A model generated the notes under the pieces. That model was given only the letters and a program-made list of their open reading frames with translations. It was not told the origin of the DNA and made no database searches. Made by a program: the position numbers and the translations under genes. 64,000 nt of DNA from positions 1 through 64,000 of the forward strand of contig OZ219801.1 of assembly GCA_964291655.2 (NCBI GenBank), read 5' to 3'. Shown here piece by piece: positions 1 through 8,571 of this stretch. Origin of the DNA: Chloroflexota bacterium (lineage in GTDB: Bacteria; Chloroflexota; UBA11872; VXOZ01). Within the stretch, counting starts at the first letter, position 1. Each line of letters begins with the position of its first letter.

Positions 1-1
1 G

Positions 2-415
2 CTCACCGGCGCGCCCTACCCGGAAGGGGCTTTCGGCGAAGACTCCGGAGACCATCGACTGTTCATCTTCCCCCTTGGCGGGGCCATAATCGGTTTCGCC
101 GTGGGTCTCATGGTGACGGCCGGTACGCAACTTTCCTTCCCGCTCGTAACGGCAGGCAAGCCCATTTTGGGCATTCCTCCCATGTTCATCATCATGTACG
201 AAGGCACGATGCTTGGGGCGCTCATCTTTACCATCATGGGCGTGATTTTCGAGTCTCGGCTTCCAAATCTCTCCAATGATCTTTACGACGCGCGCATAAC
301 TGAAGGCTATGTAGGGTTGGTGGTGCGCTGCGACGATGATGCGCAGGCAGATACGGCTCAGACGACGCTTACGGAAGCCGGCGCTGAAGAAGTGAAGCAG
401 CAAGGACGGAGCTAA
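2..415 (+). CDS. DUF3341 / alternative complex III ActD-like membrane subunit (5' partial, frame open from the window edge)
   Basis: Frame is open from nt 2 (LTGAPYPEGAFGE...FIFPLGGAIIG). It contains PLVTAGKPI...P.FIIMYE.TML and LYDARITEG, typical of DUF3341/ActD. Confidence 0.75.
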   Translation, partial: LTGAPYPEGAFGEDSGDHRLFIFPLGGAIIGFAVGLMVTAGTQLSFPLVTAGKPILGIPPMFIIMYEGTMLGALIFTIMGVIFESRLPNLSNDLYDARITEGYVGLVVRCDDDAQADTAQTTLTEAGAEEVKQQGRS

Positions 416-420
416 CCGGA

Positions 421-990
421 ATGCGAGACCGGCTACACTTTCATGGCCTGTTCCGCTCGATAGGAGATGTGGCGCCCCCGCGTTGGGTGGTGCTGACCAT
501 CATATTCGGCACGTTGCTTGCCGGTCTATTGACTTCGTGCTATGGGTATGTTTGGGACGTCTTTCCGGAGATGCACTATCAACAGTCCTACCGTCAGCAG
601 GAGCCGCCTCGGCGCCTGCCTCCTGCCGACTCTGTGCCGGTGACCGGAAAGGCGCGCGAATACAGTTTCGCGGAAGCGGTGGAGATAGCCAATCCCCTCT
701 CCAGCACGCCCGCACGCATTGAATCCGGCGAGCAACTCTTCATGACCAACTGCAAACACTGCCACGGCGCGGATGGTCGAGGTGAAGGACCGGTGGGGCT
801 CTACTTTGACCCGCTGCCGCAGGCAATGCAGGGCGAACGGATTACCAATGAGCGTACAGATGGCGAGATTTACTGGATCTTGACTAATAGCTCGGGCAAT
901 ATGCCCTCGTTTGGAAACCTACTGACCTCCGAAGAACGCTGGGAACTCATACTCTTTATACGTTCACTGCAGGAAAGCGACGCGGGGTAG
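421..990 (+). CDS. Monoheme cytochrome c lipoprotein, ActE-like
   Basis: CKHCH heme motif, distal Met (GNMPSF), hydrophobic segment ending LTSC (lipobox-like), MHYQQS..Q and PADSVP motifs seen in ActE-type proteins. Exact start uncertain. Confidence 0.8.
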   Translation: MRDRLHFHGLFRSIGDVAPPRWVVLTIIFGTLLAGLLTSCYGYVWDVFPEMHYQQSYRQQEPPRRLPPADSVPVTGKAREYSFAEAVEIANPLSSTPARIESGEQLFMTNCKHCHGADGRGEGPVGLYFDPLPQAMQGERITNERTDGEIYWILTNSSGNMPSFGNLLTSEERWELILFIRSLQESDAG

Positions 991-1003
991 GAGATAGCAA
1001 TCC

Positions 1004-1291
1004 ATGGACCATGCACTAGCACTACCAATCTGGGACGAGTTACATACGGGGTTCATCTTCTTTTGGCTGGCACTCTTCATGATGGTTGCCACTGCTGTTT
1101 CCTTCCTAATGGCTCACGCCATCATCCCGTCTCTGGTCGGCACGCGCGACCTACCGGAGGGATTTGCCAGACTACGACCCGTATTCTATGGCGCCACCAT
1201 CGTAGCGTTGCTCCTTGCCCTGTTCCTTTACTACATAACGTGGGAAACGGTTTCCGTTTACTTAGAGATTTTCCCGCGAAAGTGGATCTAG
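1004..1291 (+). CDS. Small two-TM membrane protein, last gene of the operon
   Basis: AGGAG RBS just upstream, two hydrophobic helices, followed by a terminator. Confidence 0.7.
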   Translation: MDHALALPIWDELHTGFIFFWLALFMMVATAVSFLMAHAIIPSLVGTRDLPEGFARLRPVFYGATIVALLLALFLYYITWETVSVYLEIFPRKWI

Positions 1292-1364
1292 CTCCCAAGT
1301 AGGGGTGTGGCACTTGCATTGGAGCGGCACGGGGAAGCGCCCACCGGAATCTAGCGATAGACAA

Positions 1365-1400
1365 CAAAGCGAGGAATCCTCAGAGGGGTCCTCGCTTTTG
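1365..1400 (+). terminator. Rho-independent terminator
   Basis: AAAGCGAGGA...TCCTCGCTTT stem followed by T residues, downstream of the operon. Confidence 0.7.
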
Positions 1401-1493
1401 CATTTAACAGACGTTCACCCTAATTCGACTCTCGCGAGCGCGCCGCTCGACACCTGATGTCGCCAGGGCTGTTACTATCGATTGTTCCAATCC

Positions 1494-1523
1494 TTGACAA
1501 GAATTTCGTGCATTTGCTACTAT
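1494..1523 (+). promoter_or_regulatory. Sigma70-type promoter of the sulfurtransferase gene
   Basis: TTGACA (1494-1499), 18-nt spacer, TACTAT (1518-1523) preceded by TG. Confidence 0.6.
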
Positions 1524-1575
1524 GTAGAGCAACTTGGTCAACTTAATCAAATTCGCTTGGTAAGGAGCAGGAATC

Positions 1576-2415
1576 ATGGGTGAATACGCCGACTCAAGCG
1601 TCCTCGTTTCCACAGACTGGGTAGCCCAGCACGGTGGCGACGACAACGTCCGGCTTGTGGAAGTAGACGTGGATACTACCGCCTACGAAACGGGACACAT
1701 TGCCGGCGCCGTGGACTGGGGCTGGCAGTCCGACCTCAACGACCCGGTGCGCCGCGACCTCATTGGCAAAGAAGAGCTGGAGCAACTCTTGGGCCAATGC
1801 GGCATTACACCGGACACCACTGTGGTCCTTTATGGCGACAACAACAACTGGTTCGCTGCGTTCGCCCACTGGATTCTTAAGATTTACGGTCACAAGGACG
1901 CGCGCCTAATGAATGGCGGCCGTGTGAAGTGGCTGGACGAGGGCCGCCCGATAACTTCAGACATTCCCCATATAGCAACCACCGTCTACGCGGCCCAAGA
2001 CCCGGATGCCGCCCTTCGCGTCTTCCAGGGCGGTGTGCAGGATCGCCTGGGCAATCCGAATGTCGGTCTTGTCGATGTGCGCTCGCCACAAGAGTTCACT
2101 GGCGAAATCCTGGCGCCGCCGGGCCTGCCGGAGACTGCCCAGCGGGGCGGTCACATTCCCGGCGCTGCCAATGTCCCATGGGCATCGGCCGTGGCGGAAG
2201 ACGGTACATTTAAATCTGCCGATGAATTGCACGAGATTTACGCCGGAAAGGGCATCGTTCCCGACAAAGAAATCGTGACATATTGCCGGATCGGCGAGCG
2301 CTCGTCTCACACCTGGTTCGTGCTCAAATATCTACTTGGGTATCCGGACGTGCGCAACTATGACGGCTCCTGGACTGAATGGGGCAGCATGATCGGGGTA
2401 CCCATCGAAAAGTAG
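1576..2415 (+). CDS. Thiosulfate sulfurtransferase (tandem rhodanese, CysA/SseA type)
   Basis: GHIAGA and GHIPGA motifs, active-site loop YCRIGERS, C-terminal NYDGSWTEW, AAGGAG RBS. Confidence 0.95.
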   Translation: MGEYADSSVLVSTDWVAQHGGDDNVRLVEVDVDTTAYETGHIAGAVDWGWQSDLNDPVRRDLIGKEELEQLLGQCGITPDTTVVLYGDNNNWFAAFAHWILKIYGHKDARLMNGGRVKWLDEGRPITSDIPHIATTVYAAQDPDAALRVFQGGVQDRLGNPNVGLVDVRSPQEFTGEILAPPGLPETAQRGGHIPGAANVPWASAVAEDGTFKSADELHEIYAGKGIVPDKEIVTYCRIGERSSHTWFVLKYLLGYPDVRNYDGSWTEWGSMIGVPIEK

Positions 2416-2515
2416 CAGACACCGTCCCGCTGGATTCAGTGAGTGTAGGACACACAATATTGGGTTACAAGAGAGTTTCCCAGAGAAGTCTCAAAGGAAG
2501 CAAGAGGAAAACAGA

Positions 2516-3715
2516 ATGTTGAGTTTGATTAGGCACTCCGCATCAACCGCGTCGACAAGTTGGCGCCGGCTGTTTGCGCCATTGTTTGCAATCCTTGCCG
2601 TAAGCTTGCTGGCTTCAGCTTGCGGCACGTACGTCATTCAGCCGGAGATACCCATTTCCACGGCCAAGTACGAAGTCTGGGCCATGGACCAGACCAATAA
2701 CATCATCCACATCATCAATCCACAGCTTGAGGTGGTGGAGACTGTTGATCTCTCTGAGGCGGGGTTGGAGCGGACACACTGGATCAACTTTACAAGTGAT
2801 TCCAAGTACGCGTGGATCGCCAGCACAGTCTCCGGCAACACCGCCGTTGTCAGAGCGGAGGACCGGCAGGTAATCGCCACATTCGATACGGGGCCTGCGA
2901 GCCATGCCGCAGACATTTATCCGGATGATAGCGGCGTGCTTGTCTCCGTGATCAAGACCGGAGAGTTGGTGGAGATCGTGTCGGACCACGCTGCGGAGGC
3001 GTTCTCCGTGGGCCGTAGGCTCATAATTGCGGAAGACCCGCTCGTAAAGGAACGGGCAGACGAGTTCCCCTCTGCCAATCCGATTTCATCTGCGTTCACC
3101 CGAGACGGGCGCTACGCATATGTGACGCTGGGTCCTGCCCTTGCCGATGGCGGGCTGGTCATACTGGATTTGGAGACTTTCACCTTGGTCAAGGCGTACT
3201 CGCCGAAAGAGGTCAAGGTGAACCTGATGAGCGTCCTCTCGCCCGATGGCACCAAGATGTACGTCACCGGGGGCTCGCGGGACGCGAAGAGCCTCTTCTA
3301 CGTATTTGATACCGCAACGCATGAAGTAGTCGCCAAGGACGCAACCCGCGGCGCGGAAGCGCACGGCATGGCGCTGACGCCCGACGGCTCCGAGATTTGG
3401 ATTACCAACCGCTGGACCGGCAACGTTGGCATCATCAGCACCGAGTTCGACGAATACATCGAGCGGATACCCTTTGTCGGGGAAGCGCCGGACCTCCTGG
3501 TCTTCTCACCTGACGGTGTCTTCGCGTTCATCCTATTGCGGGGTGGCGGACCTACGGATGCCGGCGCTATGTCCGGCGCCGGCGAACTGCCCGCAGTGGT
3601 GGTTGTCGCGGTGGAGACCAGGCAGGTCATGGACATCCTGATTCAAGGTGAGCTTACGGATGAAGGCGAACTGCCGGCGCTGGACTACCACGGCATAGCC
3701 ATCCGGCAACTGTAA
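2516..3715 (+). CDS. YncE/YVTN-type beta-propeller lipoprotein
   Basis: Signal peptide with ASAC lipobox. Repeated (S/T)PDG..(Y/W) blade motifs (LSPDGTKMYV, LTPDGSEIWI, FSPDGVFAF). Confidence 0.8.
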   Translation: MLSLIRHSASTASTSWRRLFAPLFAILAVSLLASACGTYVIQPEIPISTAKYEVWAMDQTNNIIHIINPQLEVVETVDLSEAGLERTHWINFTSDSKYAWIASTVSGNTAVVRAEDRQVIATFDTGPASHAADIYPDDSGVLVSVIKTGELVEIVSDHAAEAFSVGRRLIIAEDPLVKERADEFPSANPISSAFTRDGRYAYVTLGPALADGGLVILDLETFTLVKAYSPKEVKVNLMSVLSPDGTKMYVTGGSRDAKSLFYVFDTATHEVVAKDATRGAEAHGMALTPDGSEIWITNRWTGNVGIISTEFDEYIERIPFVGEAPDLLVFSPDGVFAFILLRGGGPTDAGAMSGAGELPAVVVVAVETRQVMDILIQGELTDEGELPALDYHGIAIRQL

Positions 3716-3750
3716 GCGGGCCTAGTATTGAGGCGATTCGGCGACAAGTA

Positions 3751-3784
3751 GAGAGGCCGGTCTCACATGTGAGACCGGCCTCTC
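3751..3784. terminator. Perfect 34-bp palindrome between convergent genes, probable bidirectional terminator
   Basis: GAGAGGCCGGTCTCACA|TGTGAGACCGGCCTCTC is exactly self-complementary. Confidence 0.6.
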
Positions 3785-4017
3785 CTTATCTGCTTCAGTG
3801 CTGCTCCCAATGCAAAGCACTCCGCCGGCATGCTCCTATCCAATTAAGGAATACATGCCCGGCAATCGACACCAGCAGTCTACTTCAACCCGGCATGAGC
3901 CCAAACTTTACGATCTATCCGTGACTCTGCGCGTCCGAACGAACAAGGATCGCCCCATGCCCAAATCGGCCGCACCAGCCCGGGCGCAGCGCGTAAGCCC
4001 ACGCATGGCGCTGCAAT

Positions 4018-5952
4018 CTAATACAGCTTCGTCAATTCCACGCCAGTGTAGTACATCTTGAGGATCTGGTCGTAGGTCATCCCTCGGTTCGCCAGCGTAA
4101 TGACGCTCCTCATCGGCATGCCCCAGCCGTGCCCATCGAGTGTGGAACCTTCACTCACCGGATCCAGCACACTCACTGCCCACGGAAAGTCACTCCACGA
4201 CCGCGTTCTCCCGTCGGCCGTCGCATAGTAAGCGGCGCGAATCAACTTGCCGTCATAGGTCATGAACTGGCCGCGCGTAGCGTTTGCGGCCTCCTCAAGA
4301 TTACTGCCGAACGTCTCGCGGTAGTAGCCCAAATACAATTGGTGGGAGCCCACGTACGGTTTGAACTCTTTCTCCGTGCCCGCGGTAATATCGAACGGTT
4401 CCTTGCCGCAGATACATCCCAGTCCCGGCCACTGCGGATCCATGTGTGAAAGCGCATAAGTGCGGTAGGCGACTGTGGCTGCTTTCAATCCTTCAGCCGG
4501 GAATGACTCCGGCTCCTCGCCTATACCCTTCACGTAGTACTCCATCGGCAGCTCGTTGATGGCCCACATACGTTCAGAATACGTGGAATAGCGGACTTCG
4601 ACCACGTTCCGGTACTGTTTGAAGCGTGGCATGTCGAGCACGGTCAGAATAGTGCTGCCACGGGCGACGAAGCGCGCATAGGAAGCGAATTCCGCCACGG
4701 TACGCCCGTCAACCGTCAAGCGATAGCTCGACTGAGACGGCAAATGCGTCACGGTGACAATCTCGTCAGTTTGAAAGTTGTAAGCAGTTCTCCCGTCCTC
4801 ATCTCTTGCGCTGAATCTCCCGTCACCGGTAACGCGCATGCTCTCATTGGTAGTAGAAAAGACTCCAACCCGGATTGTCATCCCATCTGCGCCGCTCGTT
4901 ACAAACGGGGTCGGTGTCGGCGTTGCAACTGGTGCCGGCGTGGGCGTGGGAGTAGGTGTTGGAGTAGGCTTAGGCACTTGGATGATGTAGGCCTGGCGCA
5001 AACCTGCTGATGGATCTCGCGATGCCGCCCATCCTCGCCCCTGCTGCCAGAGATCCCACTGCAGAATGTGCGATCCTCCTGTTGATGGCGCAGTGAGGGA
5101 GAATGCAAACATTGCTACGCTGCCTGCAGGAACAGCATGGGGAAGCGGTTTCCGTGGACCCACCGCCACCGTTGTGCCGTGCTGGTTGAGCCAACGATAT
5201 CCCACGGAGACTGCACCGGTCCCCGATTGCGACCAGCGCGCGATGCTGACGTTCTGCACTGCTACCTGCAAGTCAACGGCCTGTCTAGTCATGAGCGATT
5301 CGGGCATTCCCGTGACCCAAAACTGCCCACGCGGCCCTACCTGCTCTGCTAACTCTTCACCAAGCAAGCCAAGCGTAATCTGATATTGCTCCGGGAGTTG
5401 AGGATGATACTCAAAGCGTGATCTTTGAAAGTATTGCACGCTTATGCCGTTCTCTTGAATGACTTCCGAGATGGGATAGCCGAAGATATCCAGTCCCCCT
5501 CGCGAGTTGTAGAAACGCAAGAATGCGCCGCTAACGACATGACCTGTCTCCGGGAAATATCGCTGGTTTTCCGTCGTTGCGACTGGAGTGGCTTTGGGAA
5601 AATCGCGGCCCCTGGTCAGAATGTCGCCAAGCAGGCCCAGTTGCACCTCGTAGCGTGTGCCAGCGTGTTCCGGGTGGTACTCGTAGCGCGCGCGTTGAAA
5701 GTACTGCACGGTGAAGCCGTTTTCTTGGATCTCCGGAGTAATGGGAAAACCGAAGATCTCCAAGCCGCCCCGTTCCTCAAAGTACTTCTTGAAACCGAAG
5801 GAAACCGACATGCCGGTTTCGGGGAAAAAGATCGTGTCGTCGTTAGCCCGCAGACTTGAAGGCAAAAAGGCAGCAAACAACGCAAGTATAATGAGACCAA
5901 CGCGGAAACAAGAGCGGCCCCACGCGCTCCGGTACGTGCCAATCATGAACAC
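4018..5952 (-). CDS. Secreted modular cell-wall protein: two FPETG repeats, Ig-like domain, PT linker and SpoIID/LytB domain
   Basis: Signal peptide; two FPETG...GGL.IFG.PI..E...VQYFQR.R.E.HP repeats; PTPTPT linker; INELPMEYYVKGI, LKAATVAYRTYA and GHGWGM..,YDQILKMYYTG SpoIID motifs. Confidence 0.85.
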   Translation of the reverse strand: MFMIGTYRSAWGRSCFRVGLIILALFAAFLPSSLRANDDTIFFPETGMSVSFGFKKYFEERGGLEIFGFPITPEIQENGFTVQYFQRARYEYHPEHAGTRYEVQLGLLGDILTRGRDFPKATPVATTENQRYFPETGHVVSGAFLRFYNSRGGLDIFGYPISEVIQENGISVQYFQRSRFEYHPQLPEQYQITLGLLGEELAEQVGPRGQFWVTGMPESLMTRQAVDLQVAVQNVSIARWSQSGTGAVSVGYRWLNQHGTTVAVGPRKPLPHAVPAGSVAMFAFSLTAPSTGGSHILQWDLWQQGRGWAASRDPSAGLRQAYIIQVPKPTPTPTPTPTPAPVATPTPTPFVTSGADGMTIRVGVFSTTNESMRVTGDGRFSARDEDGRTAYNFQTDEIVTVTHLPSQSSYRLTVDGRTVAEFASYARFVARGSTILTVLDMPRFKQYRNVVEVRYSTYSERMWAINELPMEYYVKGIGEEPESFPAEGLKAATVAYRTYALSHMDPQWPGLGCICGKEPFDITAGTEKEFKPYVGSHQLYLGYYRETFGSNLEEAANATRGQFMTYDGKLIRAAYYATADGRTRSWSDFPWAVSVLDPVSEGSTLDGHGWGMPMRSVITLANRGMTYDQILKMYYTGVELTKLY

Positions 5953-6318
5953 ACTATCCTCCAGTACGTTGTTTATTGCTTGTTATTTCCTAGAATTGCG
6001 CGCCAGCAGGTACGTGAGCAGAGAACAACTCACCCCGCTTCAATTGAGGTCTTGCCGCCAACCGGCGCCAATCCCTCGGCGGTCCCAGCAATCTAAGTAG
6101 TGAGTTAATTCCAAGAAATCAAAGAGGAAGAGAATCGCATCGAACCGGCTGCAGAGCCGGTGAATACTTAACGGTGTGAGAGTCTACAAACGTGAAGAGT
6201 CAGGGAAGAGAGAAGGAGACTTTCCGTCTGGCTGCGACGGAAATAGTAGTGCTCCTTCTCTTAAGGGTACCACGAATACGGTGTTTAGCAACACCAAGCC
6301 GATTCGAGTGGGATGCAA

Positions 6319-8106
6319 TTAAAGCGAATCGGAGCGTGATTCCGCCCGATCCCGCACCATCGTGCAGAATTCAGCGATCGGCAATGCGCCACGATTCTTA
6401 CCCGTGCGCAGTCGAATATTCACCGCGTCGTCCTCGATCTCACGATCCCCTACTATTGCCATGTACGGCACTTTCTGAAGTTGGGCATCGCGTATCTTGG
6501 CATTCATCCGATCGGAACGAGTGTCGACCTCCGCACGAATGTCGGATTGGGCAAGCGCAGCCTGCACGCTCTGTGCATACTCGTTATGCCTGTCAGCAAT
6601 AGGGATTATTGCGACTTGGACCGGCGCCAGCCATACCGGAAACGCGCCGCCGTAGTGCTCGAGCAGGATGCCGAAGAAGCGCTCGATGGAGCCATAGAGT
6701 GCACGGTGGATCATGAAAGGCCTATGCGCACCGCCATTCTCTCCGATGTACTCTAGCTCAAAGGTCTGCGGCAACCAAAAGTCGAATTGAATAGTAGATA
6801 GCTGCCAAGGACGTCCCAGCACATCCACTATTTTTATGTCCACTTTGGGCCCGTAGAAAGCGGCTTCACCTTCCATACGCTTGTAGTTCAGATTGAGCCC
6901 TTCAAGGGCCCTCACCAGGCCGGCCTCCGCCATTTCCCAGTCTTTTGCCTCGCCCGCGTACTTGCTCGTGTCACCCTGTGCCCATGTACTCAGCTCCAAC
7001 TGGAGGTCTTTGAAGCCATAGGTGTCGAGAATCTCCAGGCAAAAGTCCAGGACGCGGGTAAGCTCACTGTCCATCTGTTCCGGCTGGCAGAAGAGATGCG
7101 CATCGTCCTGCGTAAAGCCCCGCGCGCGCAGGAGCCCATGCAGCACGCCCGACCGCTCATAGCGATAGACAGTTCCGGTCTCCGTATAACGCAACGGCAG
7201 GTCACGGTAGCTGCGCGTGCGGCTCTTGTACACCTGGATGTGAAAGGGACAATTCATCGGCTTCAAGTAGTATTGCTGTTCGTCAACTTCCACAGGGGCG
7301 TACATGTTCTCCGCAAACCAATTCAGGTGCCCGCTCGTGCGCCAGAGATTGGCCCTGCCGATGTGTGGCGTGTAGACAAACTCATACCCTCCGGCCCGGT
7401 GGCTATCTCGCCAATAGTCTTCCATCACGCTGCGCACGTGTCCGCCTTTGGCGTGCCACACTACCAAGCCGGGGCCAATTTCATCGGAGAAGCTAAAGAG
7501 GTCGAGTTCACGTCCCAGTCGCCGGTGATCGCGCCGCTCCGCCTCTTCCAAGAACTTCAAGTAAGTTCTGAGTTCTTTTCTTGTTTCCCATGCCGTACCG
7601 TACACGCGCTGGAGCTGCTGTCGGTTCTCATCGCCCCTCCAATACGCACCGGCCGTGCGGAGCAACTTGAATGCACCTACTGCGCCGGTAGACTCTATGT
7701 GTGGGCCTTCGCAAAGATCTATGAAGTCGCCATTCTGGTAGATACTCACGTCTTCGGCGTTGACGTCACGCTCCAGGTCTTCGATCAACTCCACCTTGTA
7801 TGCTTGGTCTCGCTCATGGAAGAACTCCTTCGCCTCAGCCACGGGCATAGTGGTGTGTTCAAAAGGTTGATCTTGATCAATGATGTCTTGCATACGCTGG
7901 CTGAGTTCGTCGAGGTCGTCCGGTGTCAGCGTCCTGGGCAAATCAAAGTCGTAGTAGAAGCCCTCATCGATCGCAGGCCCGATTGTTAGCTTTGCTTCGG
8001 GCATGTACTCGAGCATGGCCGTCGCGAGCACGTGCGCTGCCGAGTGTCGCATCGTAAGCAAGTGCGCTGCACGCTTGTTGTCACCTGTGCCCTTTGATTG
8101 CGGCAT
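6319..8106 (-). CDS. thrS: Threonine--tRNA ligase
   Basis: RHSAAH, GPAIDEGFYYDF, DLCEGPH, LKPMNCPFH, YRYERSG, FTQDDAH, GEAAFYGPK, MIHRA motifs; GAGGAG RBS. Confidence 0.98.
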   Translation of the reverse strand: MPQSKGTGDNKRAAHLLTMRHSAAHVLATAMLEYMPEAKLTIGPAIDEGFYYDFDLPRTLTPDDLDELSQRMQDIIDQDQPFEHTTMPVAEAKEFFHERDQAYKVELIEDLERDVNAEDVSIYQNGDFIDLCEGPHIESTGAVGAFKLLRTAGAYWRGDENRQQLQRVYGTAWETRKELRTYLKFLEEAERRDHRRLGRELDLFSFSDEIGPGLVVWHAKGGHVRSVMEDYWRDSHRAGGYEFVYTPHIGRANLWRTSGHLNWFAENMYAPVEVDEQQYYLKPMNCPFHIQVYKSRTRSYRDLPLRYTETGTVYRYERSGVLHGLLRARGFTQDDAHLFCQPEQMDSELTRVLDFCLEILDTYGFKDLQLELSTWAQGDTSKYAGEAKDWEMAEAGLVRALEGLNLNYKRMEGEAAFYGPKVDIKIVDVLGRPWQLSTIQFDFWLPQTFELEYIGENGGAHRPFMIHRALYGSIERFFGILLEHYGGAFPVWLAPVQVAIIPIADRHNEYAQSVQAALAQSDIRAEVDTRSDRMNAKIRDAQLQKVPYMAIVGDREIEDDAVNIRLRTGKNRGALPIAEFCTMVRDRAESRSDSL

Positions 8107-8155
8107 TAGTCATTCTCCTCATAGTCAACTAATCTGGATTGAAGCCACTGGCAAT

Positions 8156-8192
8156 AGAAAAAGCCTCTCGTGTCAGGCGCGTACGAGAGGCC
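8156..8192 (-). terminator. Attenuator terminator hairpin in the thrS leader
   Basis: Minus strand reads GCCTCTCGT-acgcgcctgac-ACGAGAGGC-TTTTTC, about 50 nt before the thrS start codon. Confidence 0.85.
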
Positions 8193-8228
8193 GTCAAGTG
8201 CTATTAGCAATGTCAATTACGCGTGTTG

Positions 8229-8318
8229 CTATCCTCTCGTCACCTGCAAGGAGAGTTCAGTCGTGGTGATATGGGCAATGCATCGTTGCCGGCTTGAGAA
8301 ACCACCAATGCGATACAC
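8229..8318 (-). CDS. Putative Thr-rich leader peptide of thrS (MYRIGGFSSRQRCIAHITTTELSLQVTRG)
   Basis: GAGGAG RBS (8334-8329), GTG start, tandem ACC ACG ACT codons at 8267-8259. The last codons overlap the antiterminator segment ACGAGAGG. Confidence 0.7.
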   Translation of the reverse strand: MYRIGGFSSRQRCIAHITTTELSLQVTRG

Positions 8319-8391
8319 TACTCAAGAACTCCTCGCTGCGCTCTTGCAAGCGCGTGACGTGTGGAATACAGTCCAAATCCACTACCATATG

Positions 8392-8420
8392 ATGCTACCG
8401 AAGTTTGCCTCTCCTGTCAA
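8392..8420 (-). promoter_or_regulatory. Sigma70-type promoter of the thrS leader
   Basis: Minus strand TTGACA (8420-8415), 17-nt spacer, TAGCAT (8397-8392). Confidence 0.75.
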
Positions 8421-8571
8421 CGCAGCCATAGACCGTTGGGAGCGACGCAACCAGTTAAGTGCAGCGTTTCCGCGAAGCTGGTCACCGGCTCTTGCTGCCA
8501 GAAGAGACAGAGGCTAGAATTGGCGAACAGGGACTAAACCCCATGAGGATAAAGCCGAAAGAAGGCGTACG

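Noticed and set aside
4905-4975. Short tandem DNA repeat
   Set aside because: It encodes the Pro-Thr linker of the SpoIID protein with varied codons, so it is not an independent element.
7096-7989. 297-aa antisense ORF inside thrS
   Set aside because: Shadow ORF opposite a conserved gene, with no recognisable motifs; expected from codon bias.
8257-8325. Alternative leader ORF with tandem Trp codons (TTG start, SSVSHWWF...)
   Set aside because: The start is only 3 nt from the RBS, the Trp codons are far from the switch segments, and Trp is unrelated to thrS.
8156-8390. T-box riboswitch upstream of thrS
   Set aside because: There is no GGTGG.ACC.CG T-box bulge before the terminator and no recognisable stem I AG/GNUG motifs. 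The leader-peptide model fits better.
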